Source: Actinomycetota bacterium (lineage in GTDB: Bacteria > Actinomycetota > AC-67). Taken from it: a DNA stretch of 64,000 nt. Both the position numbers and the translations under genes were made by a program. Of this stretch, positions 8,672-16,895 are shown piece by piece. Each line of letters begins with the position of its first letter. Positions within the stretch are counted from its first letter, which is position 1. The DNA is taken from positions 330 through 64,329 of the forward strand of contig JBKHYG010000121.1 of NCBI GenBank assembly GCA_046565595.1, written 5' to 3'. The notes below the pieces were generated by a model. It was given only the letters and a program-made list of their open reading frames with translations. It did not search any database and was not told where the DNA came from.

Positions 8672-9820
8672 TCAGAGCGGCTGGGTGAATTCCTCGATCA
8701 GCCGCCGGAAGGGGTCTTCCAATTCGTCGTCGATGCGGCCAGGCAGGTTCGGGATCCGGTCGGGATCTGGGACCGGTTCGATCCGAGGCGGCTCGGGACG
8801 CGGGGCCGTGGTCGGGCGAGGCGCCGGCGGGGGGCTCGGCTCTGGCGGGGTTTTGGAGAAGCCTGGATCGATGCTCGGAGCCGGACACACGCCAGCGCAT
8901 CCAGGCGGGGGTCCACCGCCCAAGCCAGGTCGCGTCGGATCTTGCTCGGGGGAGCATCCGACGCAGCCGGTGGTGATCGTTGCGGTTCGCTCTGCGGCCC
9001 GCTCTATGGTCGCGATCGCTTGCAGCAACAGGGGCTTCGCGGCGGCCGGGACAGCTTCTTCAAGCCCGACCAGCCGGTCATGCTGAACCTCTAGGAACTC
9101 GGTCAAGGCGGGGAGCGCTTCTGCGGCGCCCGCGACTCCGTCTGCTTGCGCCGCCAAGATGAGGTCGGTCCCGCGCATGGTCTGGATCTCGAGGTCGTCC
9201 ACGGGTATCTGGAAGAGTGAGGCTCTCGTCTCGTTGCGCTCGGTCAGACCTTCGATCTCGTCCACTCGGGTGCCCGCGAAACTCAGCATGCGCAAGCCTT
9301 CAGGTAACCCCGACATGCCCCAGGTCTGTACGCGCTCACGGAACCGCTTCACGCCGTACAGCGGGTCACCCGGAAGGGCTGACCCGCTCGCAGCCACCGC
9401 GACCGCCGAAGTCGCCACCAACGATGAGGCGACGGCTGCCACCGCCATCATCCGGGCTGATTCGCGTGCCCTGACCAAGACGCTCTTGCGCGCTCTGGCG
9501 GCCGACAGGGACGCGACCGGCGTGCTGGCACCTGTAAGTTCGGCCCGTAGGCCTCGACGCAATCCCTGCGGCGCAGCCACCTGGATCCTCGGTCTGAGCG
9601 CGGTCGCGAACCCCGCCAGCGCCGCGGCGTCTCCGCTGACCGTCATGCCGTCTAGCGCACGGTCGAAGGCTTCGGCAGCAGATGTCTCAAGTGAGCGGGC
9701 CTCGGTCAGCAGACGCTGACGCAAGGAATCCGAGAAGCCTGCGCGAGGCGAGGTCGAACGCACCGTCTCGCCGAGCTCGGTCAGCGCGCCGTTGATCGTC
9801 CCGACCTGGTCCGGAGTCAT
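8672..9820 (-). CDS. putative membrane-spanning anti-sigma factor (non-ZAS) with a proline-rich C-terminal tail
   Basis: Overlaps the ECF sigma stop by 4 nt, so it is co-transcribed. One transmembrane segment (MMAVAAVASSLVATSAVAVAAS). C-terminal ~90 aa is Pro-rich low complexity. Confidence 0.5.
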   Translation of the reverse strand: MTPDQVGTINGALTELGETVRSTSPRAGFSDSLRQRLLTEARSLETSAAEAFDRALDGMTVSGDAAALAGFATALRPRIQVAAPQGLRRGLRAELTGASTPVASLSAARARKSVLVRARESARMMAVAAVASSLVATSAVAVAASGSALPGDPLYGVKRFRERVQTWGMSGLPEGLRMLSFAGTRVDEIEGLTERNETRASLFQIPVDDLEIQTMRGTDLILAAQADGVAGAAEALPALTEFLEVQHDRLVGLEEAVPAAAKPLLLQAIATIERAAERTATITTGCVGCSPEQDPTRPGLGGGPPPGCAGVCPAPSIDPGFSKTPPEPSPPPAPRPTTAPRPEPPRIEPVPDPDRIPNLPGRIDDELEDPFRRLIEEFTQPL

Positions 9821-10410
9821 GCATCCTCCGTAACGAGCCGGTAGAGGGCTTTGACCGCCCGGAACTGCATGGCCTTTATCGCGCCTTCGGTCTTCTCCAA
9901 CGCAGCCGCAGTCTCTGCCACTGACAGTTCCTGCATGAAGCGCAGATGGATGACCTCTTGCTGTTCCTCATTGAGTTTCGAGATCGCCCTGGCTAGCTCG
10001 GCGCGGGTCACGCTCCGGAGAGCCTCATGCTCTGGATCGACGATCTCGTCGCCACGATGCCCGGTTGGGTCGATCCCAGTGATCTCGAGGCGGACCTTGC
10101 CGGACTTGTAGTGGTCGTAGACCAGGTTGCGTGCGATCGTGATGAACCAAGCGCCGATGTCGCGGCCCTGCCAGTTGAAATCGCCGATCCGACGCAACGC
10201 TCGGATGAATGTCTCGCTGGTGAGGTCCTCAGCCAGGGCCTGGTCGGCATTGCACTTGAAGTAGATGAACCGATACACCTTGTCCAGGTATCGGTCATAG
10301 AGTTTGGCGAATGCTTCCGCGTCCCCGTCGCGCGCATCGTCGACGAGGATGATCACATCGTCCTCACCGGCTCGCATGGAGCCGGTGATGGCGACCGGTT
10401 CGACCGTCAT
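9817..10410 (-). CDS. ECF-type RNA polymerase sigma-70 factor
   Basis: 197 aa with sigma-70 region 2 and region 4 signatures (FAKLYDRYLDKVYRFIY, EQQEVIHLRFMQELSVAETAAALEKTEGAIKAMQFRAVKAL). Confidence 0.85.
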   Translation of the reverse strand: MTVEPVAITGSMRAGEDDVIILVDDARDGDAEAFAKLYDRYLDKVYRFIYFKCNADQALAEDLTSETFIRALRRIGDFNWQGRDIGAWFITIARNLVYDHYKSGKVRLEITGIDPTGHRGDEIVDPEHEALRSVTRAELARAISKLNEEQQEVIHLRFMQELSVAETAAALEKTEGAIKAMQFRAVKALYRLVTEDA

Positions 10411-10504
10411 CCCACCTCTAACATCGTCATTCGGACGCCTCGGGTTGAGCTTTCATCAACGCTGGGCCAATTGCGTCAACATCGCCGCGACCACCGCTGC
10501 TAGC

Positions 10505-10530
10505 AACGCGACCAACAACATCGCGGTTCC
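10505..10530 (-). promoter_or_regulatory. candidate autoregulated ECF promoter (GGAAC-N17-CGTT on the minus strand)
   Basis: The minus strand reads GGAACC (plus 10525-10530), a 17-nt spacer, then CGTT (plus 10505-10508). This sits ~95 bp upstream of the sigma start codon. Confidence 0.4.
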
Positions 10531-10598
10531 TTTTCGCATGTCGGACAAGGTTACGGGCGTGCCCGGTTGCCCGCAATGGCCAAATCGGGATCATTTCT

Positions 10599-12017
10599 AT
10601 GCTTTCGGGGATGCGAAGGGACATCCTCTGCGGCGACGGGGTGATGGAAGTGGTCGTTCCATCCGAATGCCGCATCTTGGGCGCGCCTGAGAGCCTGCCC
10701 GCTCTGGCGGACCCGCACGCCGCGGTTCGGGTTGCCCTCGACGATCCGATCGGTCACGACGGGTTGTCGTCAACCGTCGGTCCCGGGTCGAAGGTGACGA
10801 TCGCACTCGACGATCTGACGATCCCTGTCGTGCCCATGGAACCCGACTTCCGGCGCGTCGCTCTCGAGGTGGTCCTGGAAGAGCTCCACGGTCTAGGGGT
10901 CAAGCCTGAGGATGTGCGCATCGTGGTCGCCAACGCGCTGCATAGGCAGTGGACCCGCAGCGAGTTGGCGACCGCGCTCGGTCCGCTGCTATCCCTGTTG
11001 CCGCCCCAACGGCTGTTCAACCACGATGCATGCGATCCGGAGAGCCTGGTCTACCTCGGTGAGACCGAGCGCGGGTTCGAGGTTGAGGTGAATCGGCTGC
11101 TCGTCGAGAGCGACCAGTTCATCTACATCAACTGCACGCCGTCACCCATGAACGGGGGATGGAAGTCGCTCGTCGTCGGCATGTCCACCTTCCGATCGAT
11201 CCGCCACCACCACCGGCCGTTCCCGTTCGCGCGCGGCCACTCGATCATGGATCCGCACAAGAGCGCCTTCCATCGGCTGCTGGCCGAGATGGGAGAGGTG
11301 CTGATGAGCCATCTCGCTCCTCAGGGCCGCAAGCCGCTCTCGATCGAGTTCGTCCCGACCGGAACGGTCCCGGCCGGTATCGCGGGAGTGTTCGCCGGCT
11401 TCACCCCGGAGGTTCATGAACACACCCTCGAGCTGCTCGCGAGCCAGCAACGCGTCACCGTGGAAGGGCAGAGCGATATCGGGATCTGGGGACTGCCGAA
11501 CCGCGACCCCTACTCGGCGCACTCGCGTATCAACCCGATCCTCGTGGCCAATCTCGCTTGCTCGTACACCTTCGGTCTCTACTCCAACCAACCGCTGGTT
11601 CGAGAGGGCGGTGTCGCCATCTTCGCCAACCCGGTCGATGTCGAGTTCGAGCGGCATCACGCGTCGTACCCGGAACTGTGGGAGCTCTTGACTCGCACCA
11701 CCGACCCGGTCGAGTTGTGGGACGAGTACGCCGAGGATTTCGCCGCCCGACCCGAGTACATCTATGCCTACAGGAAACGCTTCTCGTTCCACGGTGCGCA
11801 TCCGCTGTTCCTGTGGGGCCAGACCCGATTCCCTCGCAAACACCTAGGACGGATCATCTTATGCGGTGGTAGCGACCCGGCGCCGGTCGAACGGATGGGC
11901 TTCACCCACGCGCCAGACATGGACCAAGCTCTGGCCATAGCTAGGAGCGACATCGGCGCCAACGCCAGCACGAGCCTGGTGGACCTACCACCGATATTCA
12001 TCCCCGAGGTGGTCTGA
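10599..12017 (+). CDS. LarA-like (lactate racemase / DUF2088 family) protein
   Basis: 472 aa. Its N-terminal domain resembles the LarA N-domain (DDLTIPVVP, ANALHR like GTHR). Assignment is from memory of the family, not a search. Confidence 0.45.
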   Translation: MLSGMRRDILCGDGVMEVVVPSECRILGAPESLPALADPHAAVRVALDDPIGHDGLSSTVGPGSKVTIALDDLTIPVVPMEPDFRRVALEVVLEELHGLGVKPEDVRIVVANALHRQWTRSELATALGPLLSLLPPQRLFNHDACDPESLVYLGETERGFEVEVNRLLVESDQFIYINCTPSPMNGGWKSLVVGMSTFRSIRHHHRPFPFARGHSIMDPHKSAFHRLLAEMGEVLMSHLAPQGRKPLSIEFVPTGTVPAGIAGVFAGFTPEVHEHTLELLASQQRVTVEGQSDIGIWGLPNRDPYSAHSRINPILVANLACSYTFGLYSNQPLVREGGVAIFANPVDVEFERHHASYPELWELLTRTTDPVELWDEYAEDFAARPEYIYAYRKRFSFHGAHPLFLWGQTRFPRKHLGRIILCGGSDPAPVERMGFTHAPDMDQALAIARSDIGANASTSLVDLPPIFIPEVV

Positions 12018-12044
12018 CCTCAGGCGCGCTTGATGGTCTGAACA

Positions 12045-12836
12045 TCAGTCCTTCATGGCGAGCTTCGCTCGCATGTGCTCTACCTGTTGGCTCAACACGC
12101 GCACCAGTTCCGCTGGGCGCGAGGCATGTTCACGAACATCCATCTCCAGCGCGATCGATCCGCCGAACCCGTTCTTCGCGATCTCCTCTAGTAGCGCGCC
12201 GATCGGCAGTACGCCCGTCTGTAGAGGAGAGTGCGAGTCGCGGCCGGTTCCCAGGTTGTTGGACAGGTGGATGTGTGCGATGCGGTCCTGCAGCGAGCGG
12301 AAAGCGTCGATCACATCGATGCCACTTACACCGAGGTGGCTCGTGTCCAGCGTCACATCTTCGAAGTCTGAGAGATCCTCTACCGTCGTTACCCGATGGA
12401 AGGTGAGGCCCCTTCCTCGGACCCAGACGGGGAACATGTTCTCCATGCTGATCTTGATCTCGTTGTCTGCACAGAAGGAAGGCAACTCGTCCTCGAGCCA
12501 GCGCGCGTAAGAGTTCTGCCACCGGTACGGAGGGTGTACCACGACCAGATCGGCTCCAGCGTCATGGGCCACCTCGGTGCTCCGCTTGATCTTCTCGATC
12601 GGATCTGACGAGAAGACCCCCCGGGTAAGGAGCAGGAACGGCGCATGGACGCTGCCTATCGACAGTCCCTCTCGGCCCGCGAGATCCTTCAGCGCCTTGC
12701 CATCCTGGGTGGTCTTGTCCCCGGTGACCATGACCTCTAGGCCGTCGAAGCCTGCTTTCGCGATCGATCCGACCGCATGCTCGAACGCCAACATGTAGAA
12801 GGGGCCGGTCGAGCACAGCAGGGCAGGTGATGGCAC
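12045..12836 (-). CDS. sugar phosphate isomerase/epimerase (xylose isomerase-like TIM barrel)
   Basis: TIM-barrel isomerase signatures (GFDGLEV, HAPF, ENMF, EIAKNGFGG). The track's long Pro/Arg-rich N-terminal extension was rejected. GTG at 12836 chosen; ATG at 12794 is an alternative. Confidence 0.65.
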   Translation of the reverse strand: MPSPALLCSTGPFYMLAFEHAVGSIAKAGFDGLEVMVTGDKTTQDGKALKDLAGREGLSIGSVHAPFLLLTRGVFSSDPIEKIKRSTEVAHDAGADLVVVHPPYRWQNSYARWLEDELPSFCADNEIKISMENMFPVWVRGRGLTFHRVTTVEDLSDFEDVTLDTSHLGVSGIDVIDAFRSLQDRIAHIHLSNNLGTGRDSHSPLQTGVLPIGALLEEIAKNGFGGSIALEMDVREHASRPAELVRVLSQQVEHMRAKLAMKD

Positions 12837-12888
12837 ACCCGGATGGTATCGGGTGTCACCGCGCGGCGTGGGTATGGATCCGGTTCGT

Positions 12889-13671
12889 TTACCTGAACGA
12901 TACGACCCGGAGCAACAGACCCACCGCGCGGGACGGAACCGATGTGTCTGAACCCTCTGGTTCCTCGGCCGCTGTCGGCTCAGCTCTGCTGGGTCGCTCT
13001 GCGGGCTTCCCGTCGGCCTTGTTCTCGCTTGACTCCTTAGGGGAGCTCGTCTCGGCGGGAGCCGGTTCACGCCGATGATCGGCGTCCGACTTCTTGCTGG
13101 TGTCACCCTTGGACCGCTGGGCTCCGCCAGCCGATGAGTCGGCCGGGTCGGATCCACCCCCATGGGAGCCGCTACGGCTGCTGCCGCTGCTGGGCGACGA
13201 TGACGAGGATGACGAGGATGACGAGGATGACGAGGATGACGAGCGGGCTCGCCTGACGAACACCTGGGTTACATAGGTCTCCCCAGACTCATCGACCACC
13301 ACGCCCACACCTATCTCGGTATATCCGCCGAGCATGTTCGCTCGGTGCTGCGGCGAAGCCATGAAGGCTTCGTGAAGCATGTATATGTCGCCGCCGACGC
13401 CTACATTCTCGCCGGCTGCCTCCCAGGATCCGGGGATCTCATCACCGAGGTTCTTGTTGTGATAGATCTCGCCGCGCTGCTGCATCCGCTTCGAATGCCT
13501 CTCGGCGATCTGCGACAGATCGTCTCGCAGGATCAGCGCTCTGTACCCGCGCTGGGCGCGTTCCTGGTTGATCATCTCCGCGACCTGGCTCTCTGGGGTC
13601 GCCGCTCGTGCGGCGTTCGGAACCCCGATGAGCCCGATCAGCAAGCATGTGAGTGTGACCGTCCTTCTCAT
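12889..13671 (-). CDS. secreted CAP-domain (SCP/PR-1, YkwD-like) protein with a poly-Ser/low-complexity C-terminal tail
   Basis: Signal peptide present. CAP motifs NQERAQRG, SPQHRANML, GENVGVGG. Followed by a 17-Ser run and a Ser/Glu/Lys-rich tail. Confidence 0.75.
   Translation of the reverse strand: MRRTVTLTCLLIGLIGVPNAARAATPESQVAEMINQERAQRGYRALILRDDLSQIAERHSKRMQQRGEIYHNKNLGDEIPGSWEAAGENVGVGGDIYMLHEAFMASPQHRANMLGGYTEIGVGVVVDESGETYVTQVFVRRARSSSSSSSSSSSSSSSSPSSGSSRSGSHGGGSDPADSSAGGAQRSKGDTSKKSDADHRREPAPAETSSPKESSENKADGKPAERPSRAEPTAAEEPEGSDTSVPSRAVGLLLRVVSFR
13196..13243. repeat. tandem repeat: five perfect copies of the 9-bp unit GATGACGAG, encoding the poly-Ser tract of the CAP protein on the minus strand
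   Basis: Read directly from the sequence: unit copies at 13199-13243, plus a partial copy upstream. Confidence 0.85.
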
Positions 13672-13714
13672 CTTCCCCTGCCCTGTCGCCCGTGCCGCGC
13701 AGGAGGTATCGGAT

Positions 13715-15409
13715 GTGGGTGGTGCGGTCTTGACTCGGAATTCCTATGCCTTCTCGGGCACAAGAGTCGGAATCGGGCGCGCCGTGTCGGAAGTTGTCCG
13801 GTTCTGGGAAGGAAGTCGTTTCGCGGCTCATCCTCCGCTTGACCTAGGCTCGGCTCGGCACACCGGGACAGGAGGGACGACCCTGAGCAAGGAACAGCAA
13901 GCCAGCAACGCCGCCGCGCCGCTCCGCAGCAGCGCCGCGGGTGATGGCTCGCATATCGCCTTGATCTATCAGGACCGCTCCATCTCGTACGCGGATCTGG
14001 ATAGCCGGGTCGATCGGGTCACAGCGGCGCTGACATCGGTCGGCGTCCGCAAGGGAGACCGTGTTGCGCTGATGATCCAGAACATCCCGGCGTTCGTCGA
14101 GACCTACTACGGGATCTTGCGCACCGGTGCCGTAGCGGTCCCAATGAACATCGGCTACACGCCAGACGAGGTTGCTCACATCCTGAGCGACAGCGAGGCT
14201 CGTGCCCTGATCGTCGCCGATCCCTTCGCGGGGGTCGTCGACGGGCTACGTGAGACCCTGCCGATGCTCGAGCATGTCGTGGTGGTAGGTGGCACGCGCA
14301 CGGGAACCATCTCTTACGACCAGTTCCTCAACATGGGGGACACCGCTACGGATGCCGATTGCGCCGAGGATGACCTCGCGTGTCTGGTGTACACCAGCGG
14401 GACCACCGGCAGGCCCAAGGGCGCGATGCTCTCGCATGGGAACCTGCTGTCCAACCTCGAACAGATGTCGCAGGTGCCTTTGCTTCAAGCACAGGAGAGC
14501 GATGTGGTGTTGCTCGTCCTGCCGCTGTTCCACATCTACGCGCTGAATGTGTGCCTCGGGCTGGCGATCCGGGAGGGCGCGACCGCTCTGCTGCTGGAGC
14601 GATTCGACGCGGTCGGTTCACTGGATCAGGTCGAGAAGCACGGAGTGACCGTGCTCTATGGCGCGCCGCCGATGTACTCGGCCTGGCTCAACACCCCGGG
14701 GACAGAAAGCAGGGACCTCTCCAAGGTCCGGCTGGCGGTTTCGGGAGCTGCCGCGCTGCCCGCGTCGGTGATGGAGGCATTCCGCGATCGACTCGGGATC
14801 ACGATCTGGGAGGGATACGGCCTCACCGAGACTTCGCCGGCGTTGACCAGCAACGCCATGGGTGATGAGGCGAAGCCCGGATCGATCGGCAGGGCGCTAC
14901 CCGGTGTAGAGATCAGGCTCGTTGACGAGGACGGCGAAGATGTCGTCGAGGGCGACCCTGGCGAGATCGTCACCAGGGGTCCGAACATCTTCCAAGGCTA
15001 TTGGCGACGCGATCAGGACACCAAGGAAGCCTTCAGATCCGGATGGTTCCACACCGGTGATGTCGCCTATCGCGACGAGGATGGGTACCTGTTCATCGTG
15101 GATCGCAAGAAGGATCTCATCATCGTGAGCGGGTTCAATGTGTATCCGCGCGAGGTCGAGGAGGTGCTCTTGCGACACCCCAAGGTGGCCGAGGTCGCTG
15201 TCGTCGGCGTGGCGCATCCATACTCTGGAGAGGCCGTCAAGGCCGTGATCGTCTTGACCGAAGGAGCCAGCGCGACGGAGGAAGAGTTCGACGATTTCAG
15301 TCGTCGCCACCTCGCGCGCTTCAAGTGTCCGTCCGTGATCGAGTTCGCTAGCGCGTTGCCTCATACCATGACGGGCAAGGTGTTGCGTAGGGCGTTGCGC
15401 GAAGACTGA
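13715..15409 (+). CDS. long-chain-fatty-acid--CoA ligase (AMP-binding enzyme)
   Basis: AMP-binding motifs present (YTSGTTGRPKG, GYGLTETS, DGYLFIVDRKKD). The start was moved to GTG 13715, which sits 8 nt after a strong AGGAGG. The track's start at 13568 would overlap the divergent CAP gene. Confidence 0.75.
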   Translation: MGGAVLTRNSYAFSGTRVGIGRAVSEVVRFWEGSRFAAHPPLDLGSARHTGTGGTTLSKEQQASNAAAPLRSSAAGDGSHIALIYQDRSISYADLDSRVDRVTAALTSVGVRKGDRVALMIQNIPAFVETYYGILRTGAVAVPMNIGYTPDEVAHILSDSEARALIVADPFAGVVDGLRETLPMLEHVVVVGGTRTGTISYDQFLNMGDTATDADCAEDDLACLVYTSGTTGRPKGAMLSHGNLLSNLEQMSQVPLLQAQESDVVLLVLPLFHIYALNVCLGLAIREGATALLLERFDAVGSLDQVEKHGVTVLYGAPPMYSAWLNTPGTESRDLSKVRLAVSGAAALPASVMEAFRDRLGITIWEGYGLTETSPALTSNAMGDEAKPGSIGRALPGVEIRLVDEDGEDVVEGDPGEIVTRGPNIFQGYWRRDQDTKEAFRSGWFHTGDVAYRDEDGYLFIVDRKKDLIIVSGFNVYPREVEEVLLRHPKVAEVAVVGVAHPYSGEAVKAVIVLTEGASATEEEFDDFSRRHLARFKCPSVIEFASALPHTMTGKVLRRALRED

Positions 15410-16116
15410 TGTTGATATTCCCTGCCGCCGCTACAGTCATCAGCGCCCTGTTCTCGTGGTCCTTGTTCCGGGCTTACGGCCGCACGAAGCGGCTCCAATC
15501 CTTCGCATGGGGCGTGTCCCTGGCGATGTACGCGGTCGCGAGCGCGATGCTGCTCCTAGCCGATGTCTACGGCTGGGGAGGCATCTCGTATCGGCTCTTC
15601 TGGTTGTTCGGGGCGCTGCTGAATGTTCCCTGGCTAGCCGCTGGAAGCTTCGCCCTCGCCTTCCCGAAACTGGCTCGCGTCGGGATCGCGGTCGTGGCCG
15701 TCGCGAGCGCTCTCATGATCGGTGCGACGCTCGCCGCTGATCCCGATACCGCCTTGCTCGCTCTGGAAGATGGGATCCCGCGCGGTAAGGAGATCTGGCC
15801 AGCGGGCTCCAACATGCTGTCGATGGTCCGCTGGGCATCGATCGGAGGATGGCTGATAGTCGTCGGTATAGCGCTGTGGACCTCTCGTAGTCGAGGGGGG
15901 ATGCGTCCGTCGAAGGACCGAAGGCTCGGCAACACGCTGATCGTTATCGGAGTCTCGATCGTCGCCGTCGGTGGATTCGCGCTGGGAAGGCTAGGAGGGA
16001 CCGCGGCTTTCTCCGCGACCCTGGCCATGGGGGTCGCCTTCATGTACGCGGGCTTCCGCGCTGCGAGCAGAGCACCTAGGTTCGAGGTGACCGATCCCGG
16101 TGAACAGTCGACCTGA
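15409..16116 (+). CDS. hypothetical polytopic membrane protein
   Basis: TGATG overlap with the ligase stop. About six hydrophobic helices. Confidence 0.5.
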   Translation: MLIFPAAATVISALFSWSLFRAYGRTKRLQSFAWGVSLAMYAVASAMLLLADVYGWGGISYRLFWLFGALLNVPWLAAGSFALAFPKLARVGIAVVAVASALMIGATLAADPDTALLALEDGIPRGKEIWPAGSNMLSMVRWASIGGWLIVVGIALWTSRSRGGMRPSKDRRLGNTLIVIGVSIVAVGGFALGRLGGTAAFSATLAMGVAFMYAGFRAASRAPRFEVTDPGEQST

Positions 16117-16333
16117 CCCTCCTCGCGTCGTCCTGTACTCGAAGGATGGCTGTCACCTGTGTGAGGATGCCGCCGAGATGTTGCGGGCACTCGGCATCGA
16201 GTTCCTAGTAGCGCACGATCCAGCGTTCGATGAGCGCATCCCGGTCATCAAGGTGGACGGACGGATCGTCACCGAGGGTCGGGTCAGCATGCGCCCGGTG
16301 CGCGCCGCATTGAAGCGCCAACCTAAAGGCTGA
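16100..16333 (+). CDS. glutaredoxin-like small redox protein (CxxC)
   Basis: 77 aa with VVLYSKDGCHLCEDA; thioredoxin-fold glutaredoxin family. Overlaps the upstream gene by 17 nt. Confidence 0.65.
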   Translation: MNSRPDPPRVVLYSKDGCHLCEDAAEMLRALGIEFLVAHDPAFDERIPVIKVDGRIVTEGRVSMRPVRAALKRQPKG

Positions 16334-16357
16334 GGGCCGGCCTGAAGGCCGACCCTC
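16332..16357. terminator. putative bidirectional terminator hairpin between convergent genes
   Basis: GAGGGCCGGCC-(TGAA)-GGCCGACCCTC, an 11-bp stem with one mismatch. Confidence 0.35.
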
Positions 16358-16381
16358 GAAGTCCTGTTGCTCATCCGGAGA

Positions 16382-16834
16382 TCAGTTGCCAGGTACCGTC
16401 GAGGTGACGATGATCTCGCCCTGTAGTCCGACGCCCGGAGAGGTGCCCAGGCAGTCGATCGGGCCGAGAGCGGCGTCCACATAGACCGCGAGGCTGAACG
16501 CGCCATCGGGTACCTCGATGTCGGCGGTCGAACCGCAGAAAGAGCCGTTCGCGAGGCTGTTTCCGTCCAGGCCGATGGCATCCGACAGGTCCCAGTAGCC
16601 GCCAACGGGTAACCCACTGACATCCTCGATCGTGATCTGCACGCTCGTCTCGTCGCCGATCAGATCGAAGCAAGCCCCGCCGAGGCCGCCAAGGTCAGGG
16701 TCGGATGCGTCGCACTGCAGCACGATCGCGTCCCCGGCTAGTTGTGTGTAGAGCTTGGTCTCTGTACGCGTGTCAGCCTGAGCGCTGCCCATGGCCATCA
16801 GTACGGCCATAGCGGCCAGCAGGATCCTTCGCAT
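16382..16834 (-). CDS. secreted hypothetical protein (signal peptide, three Cys)
   Basis: 150 aa. N-terminal signal peptide MRRILLAAMAVLMAMGSAQA. Confidence 0.5.
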   Translation of the reverse strand: MRRILLAAMAVLMAMGSAQADTRTETKLYTQLAGDAIVLQCDASDPDLGGLGGACFDLIGDETSVQITIEDVSGLPVGGYWDLSDAIGLDGNSLANGSFCGSTADIEVPDGAFSLAVYVDAALGPIDCLGTSPGVGLQGEIIVTSTVPGN

Positions 16835-16895
16835 CGTCCCTCCATGAGTATGGACCGGCGGGAGCCGGGGTGCCTAACGATTCGCCGCGGGGGCG

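Noticed and set aside
8567-9094. 175-aa plus-strand ORF opposite the anti-sigma gene
   Set aside because: The minus-strand ORF overlaps the ECF sigma stop by 4 nt in the classic sigma / anti-sigma arrangement and has a transmembrane segment. The plus ORF is Arg/Gly-rich with no features.
12837-13163. Pro/Arg-rich N-terminal 110 aa of the isomerase ORF
   Set aside because: It overlaps the C-terminus of the CAP gene on the same strand in another frame. The TIM-barrel homology starts near the GTG at 12836.
13568-13714. N-terminal extension of the acyl-CoA ligase ORF in the track
   Set aside because: It would overlap the divergently transcribed CAP gene, whose own start is at 13671, by about 100 nt. 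An in-frame GTG at 13715 preceded by AGGAGG gives a conventional start.
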